Source: Mytilus edulis
Lineage: Eukaryota
NCBI RefSeq assembly: GCF_963676685.1
Contig: NC_092353.1
Span: 17,236,001-17,300,000, forward strand
Length of the DNA stretch: 64,000 nt
Direction: 5' to 3'
The position numbers and the translations under genes are program-made. Below are positions 28,755-41,732 of the stretch, one piece after another; the first letter of the stretch is position 1; each line of letters starts with the position of its first letter. The notes beneath the pieces were generated by a model. That model did no database searches and was not told the origin of the DNA. It saw only the letters and a program-made list of their open reading frames with translations.

Positions 28755-29720
28755 GGATGTTCGCTTGTCATGTTTTGGATTTTTTGTCAGATTTTCGAAA
28801 TCCTCTGGTTTTATCAATTTGAATGCCTTAAAAAAAATTTGCCCATTGACTCCCATTTTTCATTTTTACAAATCTTTTGCATGTATAGACAGGTTTATCC
28901 AAGTCTTATCTCAAAAACATGTGCGCTGCCATTAAGAGGTCACGTGGTGCGTCGGCCATAGCACTCGTGAATGATAACGCACGTGCAATCAATAACCTAT
29001 ATAGTCTATATAATTATCGGTCATTTATAACGTTTTTGTTCCACATATTTCATGTTTATATGACCATGGCAAGTAACGAAAAATATAGGAAAGGGGGTGG
29101 AAATTCTTGTGCTGTTAATGGATGTTCTAATAATCGTCTTAAATTAAATGATTGGAACTAAATTAAATGATTGGAACGTATCATTTTGTGAATTACACGG
29201 ACAAAATCACGAAGACTGTTCTTGTTTGGTTCCATTTAAACTACATGTTATGCCCTCTAATGAGACACAAAACGATTTCAGTGGATTAAAGCTTTAAAGC
29301 CATTTGTAAATAATTAACCCAACCGTCTCCCATACTGAAATTAATTATAAAAGGTACCAGGATTATAATTTAGTAAGCCAGACGCGCGTTTCGTCTACAT
29401 AAGACTCACCAGTGACGCTCATATCAAAATGTTTATAAAGTCAAACAAGTACAAAGTTGAAGAGCATTGAGGATCCGAAATTCCAAAAAGTTGTGCCAAA
29501 TACGGCTAAGGTAATCTATGTCTGGGATAAGAAAATCCTTAAGTTTTGTAAACAGGAAATTAAAAGTCTTATAAAATCTCAATTTTTTCTAATAGTTTTT
29601 GAGAAGTTTAACTTGTCAATGATAAAGCTAAGAAAAATCAAGAGATAACATTTTCCCGCCAAAATTTCAATGGCTAATATCTCGAAAACAAGCACATTGA
29701 CCTCTATATATGTTTTGCTT
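28755..29720 (+). mobile_element. Second, rearranged Kolobok-like copy containing a THAP-domain fragment and a hammerhead repeat
   Basis: Same left TIR after TTAA. 29066-29300 reads MASNEKYRKGGGNSCAVNGCSNN...CELH...CSCLVPFKLH...QWIKAL, broken by a 19-bp tandem duplication. MITE-internal sequence resumes at about 29560-29720. Confidence 0.6.
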
Positions 29721-30834
29721 TGATAAACTTATGGTCCAAATGACCGCCGATACTAATAACGTGGCATAACACGTCAAGATCATGTGTTTCTGATACTTTT
29801 AAGGATGTATTCACTCTTGTTCCGTTGGAGGTAAACTAATTGAACTTGTAGTTCAGATAATCATGGGTAAGTTATCAGTTGAAATTGGGGTTCGAATAAG
29901 TTTTCTCTTACTACAAATACACTTATGACAGTATTTCGTGTACATTTTCTTTGTTAGTTGATTTTGTGCTGCAACTTATCTTACTTGTCATAATTTTTCC
30001 AAATGGTTTTTATACGCCTGTTTATGTAATCTTATTCATAAAAAAAAGAGGAAAAGGGGGGGGGTTCCAGATTTCAGACAATGCTTTGAGTAGTTATCAT
30101 GAAAATGTGGTGACTGATTAATATAAATATTAAGATAACCTCTGTTCAGTTTTTCGTGAATTTCTGATATGACATGGAGAAGTTGTTGAACTTTACTCTT
30201 TGAAAAATTGAGGGGCGTATCATGCGCTCATGACGCAGCTGTTTATAACATGTGGTGTGCTGTAACAAAACATTGAATTTTTCGAAAAACTAAGGATTTT
30301 CTTATTCCAGACATATATTACATTAGCCGTATTTGGCAACACCTTTTGGAATTTTGGATCCTCAATGCTTTTCAACTTTGTACTAGTTTGGCTTTATAAA
30401 TATTTTTATATGAGCGTCACTGATGAGCCTTATGTAGACGAAACGTTGGTACCTTTGATAACTAATTAAACTGCGTATTCAATGCCTCTGCTTTCTGTTG
30501 GTCTGTATAGGCCGTCTTGTTTTTCCGAGTCTAACGTGGTGGTATTCGCTGTTTGTCTGACTTCTGGTTGTTAATATATTTCAAAAACTGTTTAGAATCC
30601 TGTTTTTTTATCACCTTTTAAGTAATTGTGCGTCTTAATTCTGGCCTTTTTGCGCTGAAAATATACTTTTTCCGTAGGTGAATATACTTATTTATTCAAC
30701 CACCATTCATATAGAAAAACCTACAAAAGTTTCATAGATATGGAATAAATATATATACATTTATGTATTGGAATTTTGGGACCTCAAGGCTCTTCAACTT
30801 TGTACTTGTTTGGCTTTATAAATATTTTGATATG

Positions 30835-30879
30835 AGCGTCACTGATGAGTCTTATGTAGACGAAACGCGCGTCTGGCTT
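30835..30879 (+). ncRNA. Minimal type I hammerhead ribozyme, intact core
   Basis: GCGUCA-CUGAUGA-GUCUuauguAGAC-GAAA-CgcgcGUC-UGGCuu. Confidence 0.78.
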
Positions 30880-32492
30880 ACTAAATTAGAATCCTGGTAC
30901 CTTTTATAATTAATTTCAGTATGGGAGACGGTTGGGCTCTAGCATAAAAAATGAATACACTACGTTTTTGATTTGCCTGTCAGGAGCCTGTGATCCGGTG
31001 GATATCGTTGTTGTCTGTTATATTTCTTCTAGTTTCTCTACGGTAGTGTGTTGTTTGTCCTTTTTAAATTATGATTTGCATTGCCGTTTGAATTTGATTA
31101 CTTTTTCAATGATAAAAAAGTTAAAATAGCTTTCAATCATAGTTGCCGATGTGAATGAATAAATGTTATTTTTTTTTACCGTTAGGCGAGTATTTTTGTA
31201 TAATAATCTCGAGTCAATGGAAATCCCTTTACAACGGAAGAAACAACTTAATAAAAATCATATGATTAGAGAAAACGGATATCACCAATTAGGTCGTATG
31301 TAAACTTAGATCACTGGAAACTGTTTTTGTCATTTCGGTTATGTGAAATAGGGAAAGACTTTTGATACTTTACAGAATAAGGATAACAGAATAATTTGAA
31401 AGCATCCATAAAGGACACAACATACATTACATTATTTATAGATATTAGCAGACATTTTGAAAGGTATTGTAAATAATGATATTTCAGAGTCTAATCTACA
31501 TGCTCTAGTTCCATTCCACAGCAAAAGTGTGGATAATTAAAGCTCCCCTATCCAACAGTATAATGACGGTTAAAAATGACACATCTTGATACCGTAGTTA
31601 CCTTGTACATTTTGGACAGTTACAGATGATAAAGGTTGCCAAAAGAAAAATAAGACAGTCATAATACAAATTATTGTCTAAACAGAATTACACGGTGATA
31701 CAGCCTATACTTTAATCCAAATGAGGGTAATAATTTGGACTATTCGAATGGTATTCAACGATAAAAAAAAATACTATTGTCTGCGAATGTGCGTCACCGT
31801 ATAGAGTGTTGAACATTATGATAAACCAAAAAATGATGATATAACATGTAAACATATCTGACCGAATAAACGAAAATATATTAAACAGGTCATATTCAAT
31901 AATTTGTTATTATCAACAAAAAGTAATAAAATACAAAATCTGAATTTATGAAAGACATTATAAAAAAGACAAAAAAATATTACCACAATATTATCAGATA
32001 ATTTTTATATCTAACAAAACTAATCCATTAGAAAATCGTGAAAGGGAGTGAGGTGTTATTCGATGTTTCTCATTTATTTAATTTTTATATTTTGTATATC
32101 GATCTTTATAAATTATTCGGCATAAAAAGACGGAGAAAGGGAAGAATATATTTCTTATTCAGTCATAAAAATTGTTTGTATCATTAAACAGGATTTTCCG
32201 GTTTAAGCACTTTGATGCACGTGCTTATGAGAAAAAATTAGGATCGGGTATGATTGCAAAAGTGACAACTATCGCACGACCACTAGCTATGAGGAAAACA
32301 CATATAAAAAAATACAATGCATCGACAATGAAAATGTAAAACAATTCAAACGAGAAAACCATCCACCTAATTTATTTACACAACAACAAACAAAACAAAA
32401 CACAAGTACGACTTACAGCAACAAACGACAACGACCGTAAAATAAGTCGGAAATATTAAGATATATGATTTACTTATAGTATTTTACAGACA

Positions 32493-34482
32493 ATGGAAGC
32501 ACTACCAACCAGTTATCGATCATATGGATCAAATGATTTTGAAGTAAGTCCTGAACGGCCACCACCACAAATGCAACCATACCAGAATACCACTGTGACT
32601 GTGGTGGTCAATCAACCGACATTGCAACACAATCAGCTTATGGTTACTACTACATTGGACGGACACAGAACATGGTCAACTGGACTCTTTGATTGTTTTT
32701 CTGATATGGCCAATTGTAAGTCGATAAAAAAAAACATTACAAAAAAAATGATTACAATCGTATATATCTTTTTCTTTTATACTGGGAAATCAAAAGTTAA
32801 ATATGGAGGACATGCAGCTCCTGCTCAACTAGTGGTTTTCGTTGTGTTCCTCGTTATCATAAGTAAAAATACAGTCATAATTCGCATTCATTTATTTTAT
32901 TAATGAGATATAAGAAGGACGGGATTATGGCTGCGCCTAGTGAAATACATATGTGGTCATCAGGGACACAAATATTTAATAACAATCCACCAAATCACGA
33001 TGGTTTCCTCAAACCGATGACATTACTTCAAATATTAGAAGCAATCTGTTCGATAGTTTCTTTTAATGTTGCACAACCAATCAACGGAAACATGAATAGC
33101 GACATGAAATGTTCTGTGTTATTTCTTTATCCCACAACAGCATGCCCGTTTTAGCCGCCTGTAATGTCCAAATTTGATAAACACTGAACATTGCATTTTT
33201 TTTGCAGGTGTTTTTACATGTTGTTGTTACCCATTTGCTGTCTGTAACTTGGCATCACGATTAGGGGAATGCTTCTGCGCACCAGCCTGCGTACCTGGCG
33301 GAGATATCATCTTGAGAAATAGAATAAGGAGTGTTGGAGGAATCAAAGTAAGATACACGAATACTAGTTAAAACATTGTTCACATTGAGTCAACATAGAC
33401 AGTGGCGGATCCAGAACTTTTCCTAAAGGGGGGGTTTCCCTATATAATCAACCAAATTTTTTCCACGAAAGGGGGGGGGACCCGAGCCCCCAGGCCCCCC
33501 CCCCTGGATCCGCCTATGATAGATCTTGACTCTTTTGTCTATTTATGTTTTAGTGCTATACTACTAGTATTATTTCAGAAAGGATTGAATTTTGATTTTT
33601 TAATATTTTGCCACGGGCATCACCGAAGAGACATTGGTTGCGAAACGTGCATCTGGTGCAGAAAAGATGGTACCATTTTTCTTATTGGTAAAGATGCAAA
33701 AACATATTGAACATTGCTTAATTAAATTAAAAAAAACATTAGAGGAAATTCATAACAATCAAGTAATATTTGCCCATGTGTCTTATTTTATGTGTTTGCC
33801 TATGAACATATCTGTTCTACAAATTGTAAATATGTTAAAGGAGAGGAGCCAGTCTGTCTAGTTTTATAGCTAGCCAAACAGCTCACTTATATGACAGTCG
33901 CATAAAATTCCATAATATTGACAACTGTGTGTAAGCAACACAAACCAAAAATATGTTATAACGTCACAAACTGAGGAACAACAGTCAACATTGTGATATA
34001 TAATCTCAAACACTATAAAACAAATAACTGTTTTTAACAAGGAAACTGAAAATAGCATATAGACAAAGCACATACTCTACCAAATTCACCATTTTCTACA
34101 TAAGGAATTGCCTGTATGATAAAGTTATTGTTGTTTTCCATTCGTGTTTGAGCTTTTAATTTTCAATTTGATTAAGGGACTTTCCGTTTTGGATTTTCAT
34201 CGGAGTTCGGTATTGTTGTTGTTTCACTTTTAAGGAATGTGCAATATAATTGTGGCGTGGTATGTTGAAAAAGAATTCTTATGTGATATGATTATTTATT
34301 TAGCACCAATTTATTTGTTTGAAATACTTTATAATAGAATTATCATTTAGTCTCGATAATTGAACACGATCTTCACCTGATTTTAGGGTTCAATGTGTGA
34401 TGACTGTCTTGTAATTGTGTGCTGTGGACCATGTGCTGCTTGTCAGGAAGCAAGAGAACTGACAAATATGCGAATTCCTTAG
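32493..34482 (+). CDS. Cornifelin/PLAC8-family protein, copy 2 (152 aa)
   Basis: Exons 32493-32715, 33208-33347 and 34387-34482, with the same phases and 140/96-nt exon sizes as copy 1. [11 protein letters not shown]...[19 protein letters not shown]. Confidence 0.9.
33400..33518. mobile_element. MITE with 5-bp target-site duplication
   Basis: cagtggcggatcc...ggatccgcctatg, flanked by ataga at 33395-33399 and 33519-33523. Confidence 0.75.
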
Positions 34483-34781
34483 ATAGGTCTTCATAAGAAC
34501 ACAGACTTATATGTAATGTTCTTTGTAAAGGATCTTCTAAATGTATACAATACAATGTTACAGTATCAGAATGTACTACATTGGGTAGTGATACATTCGT
34601 AAAGTGTATATATCACATGTACTTTATTACACAAAAACATTTATTCCAGATCAAACATCTAGAGCTTTTAAAACACAAATGCAGGTAGATGTGTATACAA
34701 AGACATAATTAGTAATTATTTTATTAGTCAGCGCCACTGCTGAATCTATCTTTTGCAGACAAAAAGCGCATCTGGCGTATC

Positions 34782-35212
34782 AATAAACTCATCATAGATA
34801 CTAGGATTAAATGAAGTATTAACGCCAGACGTGCTTTTCGTTTACAAAAGACTTATCAGTGACGGTCGAATCCAAAAAAGTTATAAAAGCCAAATAAAGT
34901 AGACAGTTGTAGAGCATTGAGGACCAAAATTTCCAACAGTTCTGCCAAATACAGCCAAGGTAATCTATTCCTGTTGTAGAAAAGTCTTAGTAATTAAATA
35001 ATTCAAAAGTTTTGTAAACAGTTAATTCATAAAGATGACCATATCAATGGCAAGTCATGTCAGTACAGAAGTGTTGACGATTGGGCTGATGATAACCTCG
35101 GGAAATTAAATTCCACCAGCAGTCGCATCGACCCAGTTGTTGTAAATAAACTCAACATGGATACCAGTATTACATTTATTGTTTACGCCAGACGTGCGTT
35201 TCGTCTACAAGC
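34782..35212 (-). mobile_element. Retrozyme-like repeat, about 1.2 units, degenerate hammerheads
   Basis: acgccagac (hammerhead 3' half on the minus strand) at 34822 and 35185, 363 nt apart. The interior aligns with 40990-41360. Confidence 0.7.
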
Positions 35213-35852
35213 CTGATACATTTGATAACTATCATAACTGAAAACGTGCTTTCGTCGTGTTGTTTGTTATGCGAGGTTTTTCGACTCATGGTTTGAAACT
35301 GTCCCCTTGGTATCTTTTCCATCCCTTTTGCCTAATGAGAAGTTCACCAATGTGTTCAAAAGAGTTTTGGAATTCACAACGCAATTTATAAACTCAGATG
35401 CAAGATATATACATATGCATGTCTATATACTATGTCTATATAAACAAAAATTGTTATGATGGCCAATGAGACAACCCTCCACAACAGACTAAATGACAGA
35501 GATATTAACAACTATATATCACCGTACGGCCTCCAACAATGAACTAAGCACATACCGCATAGTTAGCGATAAAGGACACGAAAAATACATATGTCAAAAA
35601 TTCAAACGCGAAATCTAACGGCCTAAATAATTAATGAAAAAAAAATGTAACTCTGCAACAAACAACAACCACTGAATAACAGGCTCCTGATTTGGGACAG
35701 GAAAATACAGTGACGGTGTTCAACATGTTAGCAGGGGTACACCCTCCCCAACCAGGGACAGAGGTGTAACAGTACAAAATAAGAACACACTATATAAATC
35801 ATTTGAAAAAGACTCTGCTGATCAGATTAATAGAAATATAAATAAATCTAAA

Positions 35853-37298
35853 AACACAGAGTGGGCATGGACGGGTACTTGTACATCTTAACAACAAAGA
35901 ACACAGAGTGGAAGGGTACTTGTACATCTTAACAACAAAGAACACAGAGTGGACGGGTACTTGTACATCTTAACAACAAAGAACACAGAGTGGACGGGTA
36001 CTTGTACATCTTAACAACAAAGAACACAGAGTGGACGGGTACTTGTACATCTTAACAACAAAGAACACAGAGTGGGCGGGTACTTGTACATCTTAACAAC
36101 AAAGAACACAGAGTGGGCGGGTACTTGTACATCTTAACAACAAAGAACACAGAGTGGGCGGGTACTTGTACATCTTAACAACAAAGAACACAGAGTGGAC
36201 GGGTACTTGTACATCTTAACAACAAAGAACACTCAGTGGACGGGTACTTGTACATCTTAACAACAAAGAACACAGAGTGGACGGGTACTTGTACATCTTA
36301 ACAACAAAGAACACAGAGTGGACGGGTACTTGTACATCTTAACAACAAAGAACACAGAGTGGACGGGTACTTGTACATCTTAACAACAAAGAACACAGAG
36401 TGGACGGGTACTTGTACATCTTAACAACAAAGAACACAGAGTGGACGGGTACTTGTACATCTTAACAACAAAGAACACAGAGTGGACGGGTACTTGTACA
36501 TCTTAACAACAAAGAACACAGAGTGGACGGGTACTTGTACATCTTAACAACAAAGAACACAGAGTGGACGGGTACTTGTACATCTTAACAACAAAGAACA
36601 CAGAGTGGACGGGTACTTGTACATCTTAACAACAAAGAACACAGAGTGGACGGGTACTTGTACATCTTAACAACAAAGAACACAGAGTGGGCGGGTACTT
36701 GTACATCTTAACAACAAAGAACACAGAGTGGACGGGTACTTGTACATCTTAACAACAAAGAACACAGAGTGGACGGGTACTTGTACATCTTAACAACAAA
36801 GAACACAGAGTGGACGGGTACTTGTACATCTTAACAACAAAGAACACAGAGTGGACGGGTACTTGTACATCTTAACAACAAAGAACACAGAGTGGACGGG
36901 TACTTGTACATCTTAACAACAAAGAACACAGAGTGGGCGGGTACTTGTACATCTTAACAACAAAGAACACAGAGTGGACGGGTACTTGTACATCTTAACA
37001 ACAAAGAACACAGAGTGGACGGGTACTTGTACATCTTAACAACAAAGAACACAGAGTGGACGGGTACTTGTACATCTTAACAACAAAGAACACAGAGTGG
37101 ACGGGTACTTGTACATCTTAACAACAAAGAACACAGAGTGGGCGGGTACTTGTACATCTTAACAACAAAGAACACAGAGTGGACGGGTACTTGTACATCT
37201 TAACAACAAAGAACACAGAGTGGACGGGTACTTGTACATCTTAACAACAAAGAACACAGAGTGGGCGGGTACTTGTACATCTTAACAACAAAGAACAC
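35853..37298. repeat. 41-bp minisatellite, 34 full units plus one 47-bp lead unit, inside a family A PLE-end copy (~35450-37385)
   Basis: Unit aacacagagtggacgggtacttgtacatcttaacaacaaag with exact 41-bp period from 35900 to 37293; the main variant is gga/ggg. Confidence 0.95.
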
Positions 37299-37712
37299 TA
37301 AGTACAGATTTGAGAGTACTCGCAGTTTATGACAGCTAGTTCAAAGCCAATAACAATCAATAAAGAAAGTATGCATCTTAGACTAAATACATATTTTGTA
37401 GCAGAACAAGTATAATGTCGTCCCTTCGCTCGTCTTTTGTTCATTTATATATTTTTCTCATGTGTTTATGAACATTTTTATAAACTCCTCATTATCGCTT
37501 GGTAGATTTTGATGAATGTTCACAATTTAAGTCTGCGTCTTGCAGTTGAAGGGTAAATGAAAAAGATTTTATTCAAGTTACTATAAGTTAAATAGTCAGG
37601 CGATTCAAACTAATAATAGCAAACATGCAACTGATCTTTTAAGTTATGTCATTGTTTATCAAACACTGACTGCAGTAATGAGATCTTTCAAGTATTAGGA
37701 AATCAAAAGAAC

Positions 37713-37884
37713 AAAGGAGTTGGTTCAATAAGGCACGAATATGTCCCCTTTTTTAGCTTAAATTTCGACGGATTTATTGACCAATATCACACATGTCTCT
37801 AGGTTAACTTAAAACATTTTTTATCTTGTAACATTGAACTTTACTATCGGGGCCAAATATGTCCCCTACCGAACATACTCCTTT
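37713..37884. mobile_element. Short degenerate TIR element (Kolobok-like)
   Basis: aaaggagttggttcaataagg...cctaccgaacatactccttt; ends resemble those of the 59003-59584 element. Confidence 0.45.
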
Positions 37885-40800
37885 AAGCAAGCAAATCATT
37901 ATTATGTGAGAAATTGCAATTTAAAAATTTAACTCGAAATTATGATAAATTCAACCAGCTGTTTAAATAATTTACCTTGAGTTGAGCAGATATAACCTTT
38001 TTAATTTCCATAGAATGTTAATGCAAACCATAGCCAATCACATTTGGGCTCAAAGTCATACAACTTTATATCTATCTTTCAGGAAAAGCTTTATTTATGC
38101 ACATATACGGGTTTTGTCAAGAAATGACAATCTTTCACTTGATATCATTTGGTTGAATTAAAAGTTAAATTAGTGCTGTGAACAACATAGTAATTTTCAA
38201 TTTATTTATTTCCAATATTTTAGCCTTATATGAAATCTTATTATAACTAGAATGACTACGAATTGTTATAATGTTTTAAACCAAATTAAAAAAAACACCA
38301 CCATTGTATCGTTATGTTTATGTATGTTGGTGTTTGTTGCACTTCAGTGTTTTTGTTGTTTTCGTTTTTTCCTGTTATAGTTGATGTGTTTCCCTCAGAT
38401 TAAGTTTGTTACCCGGAATTTTTTTCTCTTAATCTATTAAAGACTTTGGAACAGCGGTTTACTAAGATTGCCTTTTATTTATGCGTCCGAATCGCTCTTT
38501 TTGATTTGCAATTAACTGGAACTCTCGAACCCAGAATATAAAAACGAAATTAAAGGATGTAGATACTTAAATACGCTGTGAGGTTTATGAGGGAATAAAA
38601 GAATAACAATGTTTTTGACGCCAACTTGTGTTAGGAAGCTAGGACCTTAGTTTGTAAATGATATTCTTATTCATCAAAAGAAAATTTACGAAAGGTAAGA
38701 TAAAGGTTAAAAGTCAATGTAACTGCAGAAAAGGCGGAAGATACTAAGTGGACATAACAAAAACTCTTGGATGAAAAATAAACAGTGTCATGACAAAAAA
38801 AAGATAACGAAAAGATACATTAGTTAAAAACACTTCATAGAAAATAAAAAACATGAACCCCACAGATAAGAAGTGATCTCAGGTGCTTCAGGAGGGTGGG
38901 CAGATCCTGCTTTACTATCCGTCATGTTTCTGATGGTTAGTTGAAATATAAAAGTTATTCCCAATATACTCCCACCAAAAGATATCCGCGTATATCAATC
39001 AAAGATAGCGGTATTTCGGTCAACTATATAAGTTGTTATAATTGTCTATTAATTTCGCAGTTAACGGAATTCATGATATGATCGTAGCATTACATAAAGG
39101 ATTTTATTTGGTTTTAAATGACAACCGGTTAAATAATAAAAACACATGTATTTGGTTTTCACCCATTTTTATTATTTCACTGGAGATTATTTAAAATACG
39201 TCATTAATATTGCATTTGACTGTAAATCTTTCTTCTCAGCGAGTTCTATATTTTCATACATTTTTCTTATATTCATATGACAGAAAATGCAATAATGCTA
39301 ACACATTGAAAAATCGAAAATAGTCATCCCGTACCTTTGACTGAATTTGCAACAGACGTATTATCTGTAATGGAAGAAACTGGATCGTTTGATATGTTTT
39401 GTCATTTGATTTTGCCATGTGATTAGGGACTTTCCGATTGGAGGGTTCAGTATTTTTGTGATTTTTATTATTTTTTAGAGTACAAATACTTAGCTTTTGC
39501 AGGCTTTATTATATATCCATGTGCTAAATGGGTGCATTTAAAATGAAATTGTAGACTTAATTTCAATCGCCTAATAGTACCTTGAAGTTTTAATTTTACA
39601 TTTTTTCATTTTTCCAAGACAACAACATTTTTCGAAAAACAACCAATTTCGAAACGGAAGAAATCAATTGACATATTATAATTGTTGTAATCGGAAATGT
39701 ATTGTACAGTCTCGTTCTAAAATTATCACATGATTATATAAGAGGGATTAGCGAATACTTCCGTAATTATCTATACTCTCGAGAACAAACAGCTTACATT
39801 TATTCGTACGATATAAGAGGTTGGTTACTTCAATAGAATAACATAACATAACTTTATGATTTTTATGATATTTGATTCTTTTAATTAGTTTCTTGCGAGC
39901 ATTCATATACATTTATTAATAAGCTTAAGTATCGATTTAACGGGTAATGTGAAAGGTAATATTTCCTTGTAAAACTATTTAGTTCATCGTCAATTTATCA
40001 AAATTTATTGAAATCTTAAACAAACAAAAATAGTTCATCTGAAAAAAATCTTACATTAAATCAACCGATCTAAAACAAAATAGCTAGATGATTCTTTTAT
40101 ATTTAAAGTGAATGTTTAATTCATACAAATGTTGATGTTTGATTGGTTGAAGAAAGAATCAATTGATTCTGTCATATTGCTTTTCATTTCACATGAAAGC
40201 AACCGATCCCTTATGATAGTAGCTCAAGCTGATCGAATTATAAGCTCCTTCTAGCGAATTATTTAACCGTAACTAAACTGCTGGGCATAACTCTCTAATC
40301 TACACTAAGTATCTTTGTGTTGTTGCGATGTACAAGTTCCCCTCTATGTTCACTCTGTGTTAAGTAAGATTTATTCTGTTTGTATTCATCTGAAGTAAAA
40401 ATCTTTTTCAACCGAGTTTTATAGTTTGTTATTATGTTGTCCTATTGGCGCTTTGAAACTAGTTAAACATCGCCACAATATGTGTGCCCGTCCCAATTCA
40501 GGAGCCGGTAATTCAATGATTGTCGTTTTTATAGCTGACTAAATGGTATGGGTTTAACTCATTGTTAATCCCGAACGGTGAGATATAGTTCTTTTTGTTG
40601 TCTGTTTAGATTTTGTTTTATTTTCTTTGCATTGATGTGCCTTTCTGACATATCTTATTTTAATTTGTGCCTTTGCAAAACACCATATTTCATTTACAAA
40701 CCTTTGAAATATATAAGTTTAGTACTATTACTTATATAAACAAAGAGAAAAAGCATGTTATTTAATGACATAATCCGAAGTTAACAATTTATTTATTCTA

Positions 40801-40983
40801 CATTTAAGGATTTGTTAGTTGAACGTAAATAAAATGACTTGTCAGATTGAAATTAAATTTTTGGATCCCGTCTGACTGTTTAGCCACTTTTGATGTTTTT
40901 TCACAGATGTATCGAGAAAATGTATGACGTTTTTAAAAAATCTTGATAAAGTAATTGTTCAATCCTGATCTACCTTAAATAAT

Positions 40984-41395
40984 GAAATGCGCGTCTGACG
41001 TATTAAATTATAATCCTGGTACCTTTGATAAGTATTTACACAGCACTGGGTCGATGTCACTGCTAGTGGATGTTTCGTCTCCGAGGGTATCACCAGCCCA
41101 GTATCAGCACTTCGGTGTTGACATGAATATCAATTATATGGTCATTTTTATATAAATTTTCCGTTTACAAAACTTTGAATTTTTCGAAAAACTAAGGATT
41201 TTCTTATCCCAGGAATAGATTACCTTAGCAGTATTTGGCACAACTTTTGGGAATTTTGGGTCCTGAATGCTCTTCAAATTTGTACTTTTTTGGCTTTATC
41301 ATAACTATTTTGAACTGAGCGTCACTGATGAGTCTTATGTAGACGAAACGCGCGTCTGGCGTATTAAATTATAATCCTGGTACCATTGCTAACTA
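40984..41395 (+). mobile_element. Non-LTR retrozyme-like repeat: one 361-nt monomer bounded by hammerhead cleavage sites
   Basis: GUC sites end at 40995 and 41356, each followed by tg(a/g)cgtattaaattataatcctggtacc (direct terminal redundancy). No ORF. Confidence 0.8.
41319..41362 (+). ncRNA. Minimal type I hammerhead ribozyme, fully intact
   Basis: Stem I GCGUCA/UGGCGU, core CUGAUGA, stem II GUCU/AGAC, GAAA, stem III AC/GU with palindromic GCGC loop. Predicted cleavage after C41356. Confidence 0.85.
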
Positions 41396-41732
41396 AATAC
41401 TTCCGCCTTGACTGGAAGAACAAAACTTTAAATTTGAAAGGAAGGTGTCAGTATCAGTTTTCTATACAAAATTTATAATACTTACTTTATTATAGCAGTG
41501 ACGAGTTTTTCCAGAATTGCATCTACGAATTTATTAACCAGCTTTCAAGTTGAGGTAGTTAGATGCTTACTCACCGGTAATAGCACATAGGTCATATGAC
41601 TTTTTTATGTCAACATAAACACAAGATAGAAGTCCATAGTGAGGATCGACTATAAACATCAGGAAAATTCTAAATAAGGCATTAAAAATAAATAAAAAGT
41701 ATTTTTCAAACTGATTTTTAATATATACGAAT

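Noticed and set aside
29066-29300. THAP-domain host gene
   Set aside because: Interrupted by a duplication-derived stop and embedded in transposon sequence; treated as a transposase relic.
35853-37298. Regular array resembling CRISPR
   Set aside because: Units are contiguous with no unique spacers, there are no cas genes, and the context is eukaryotic. It is a minisatellite.
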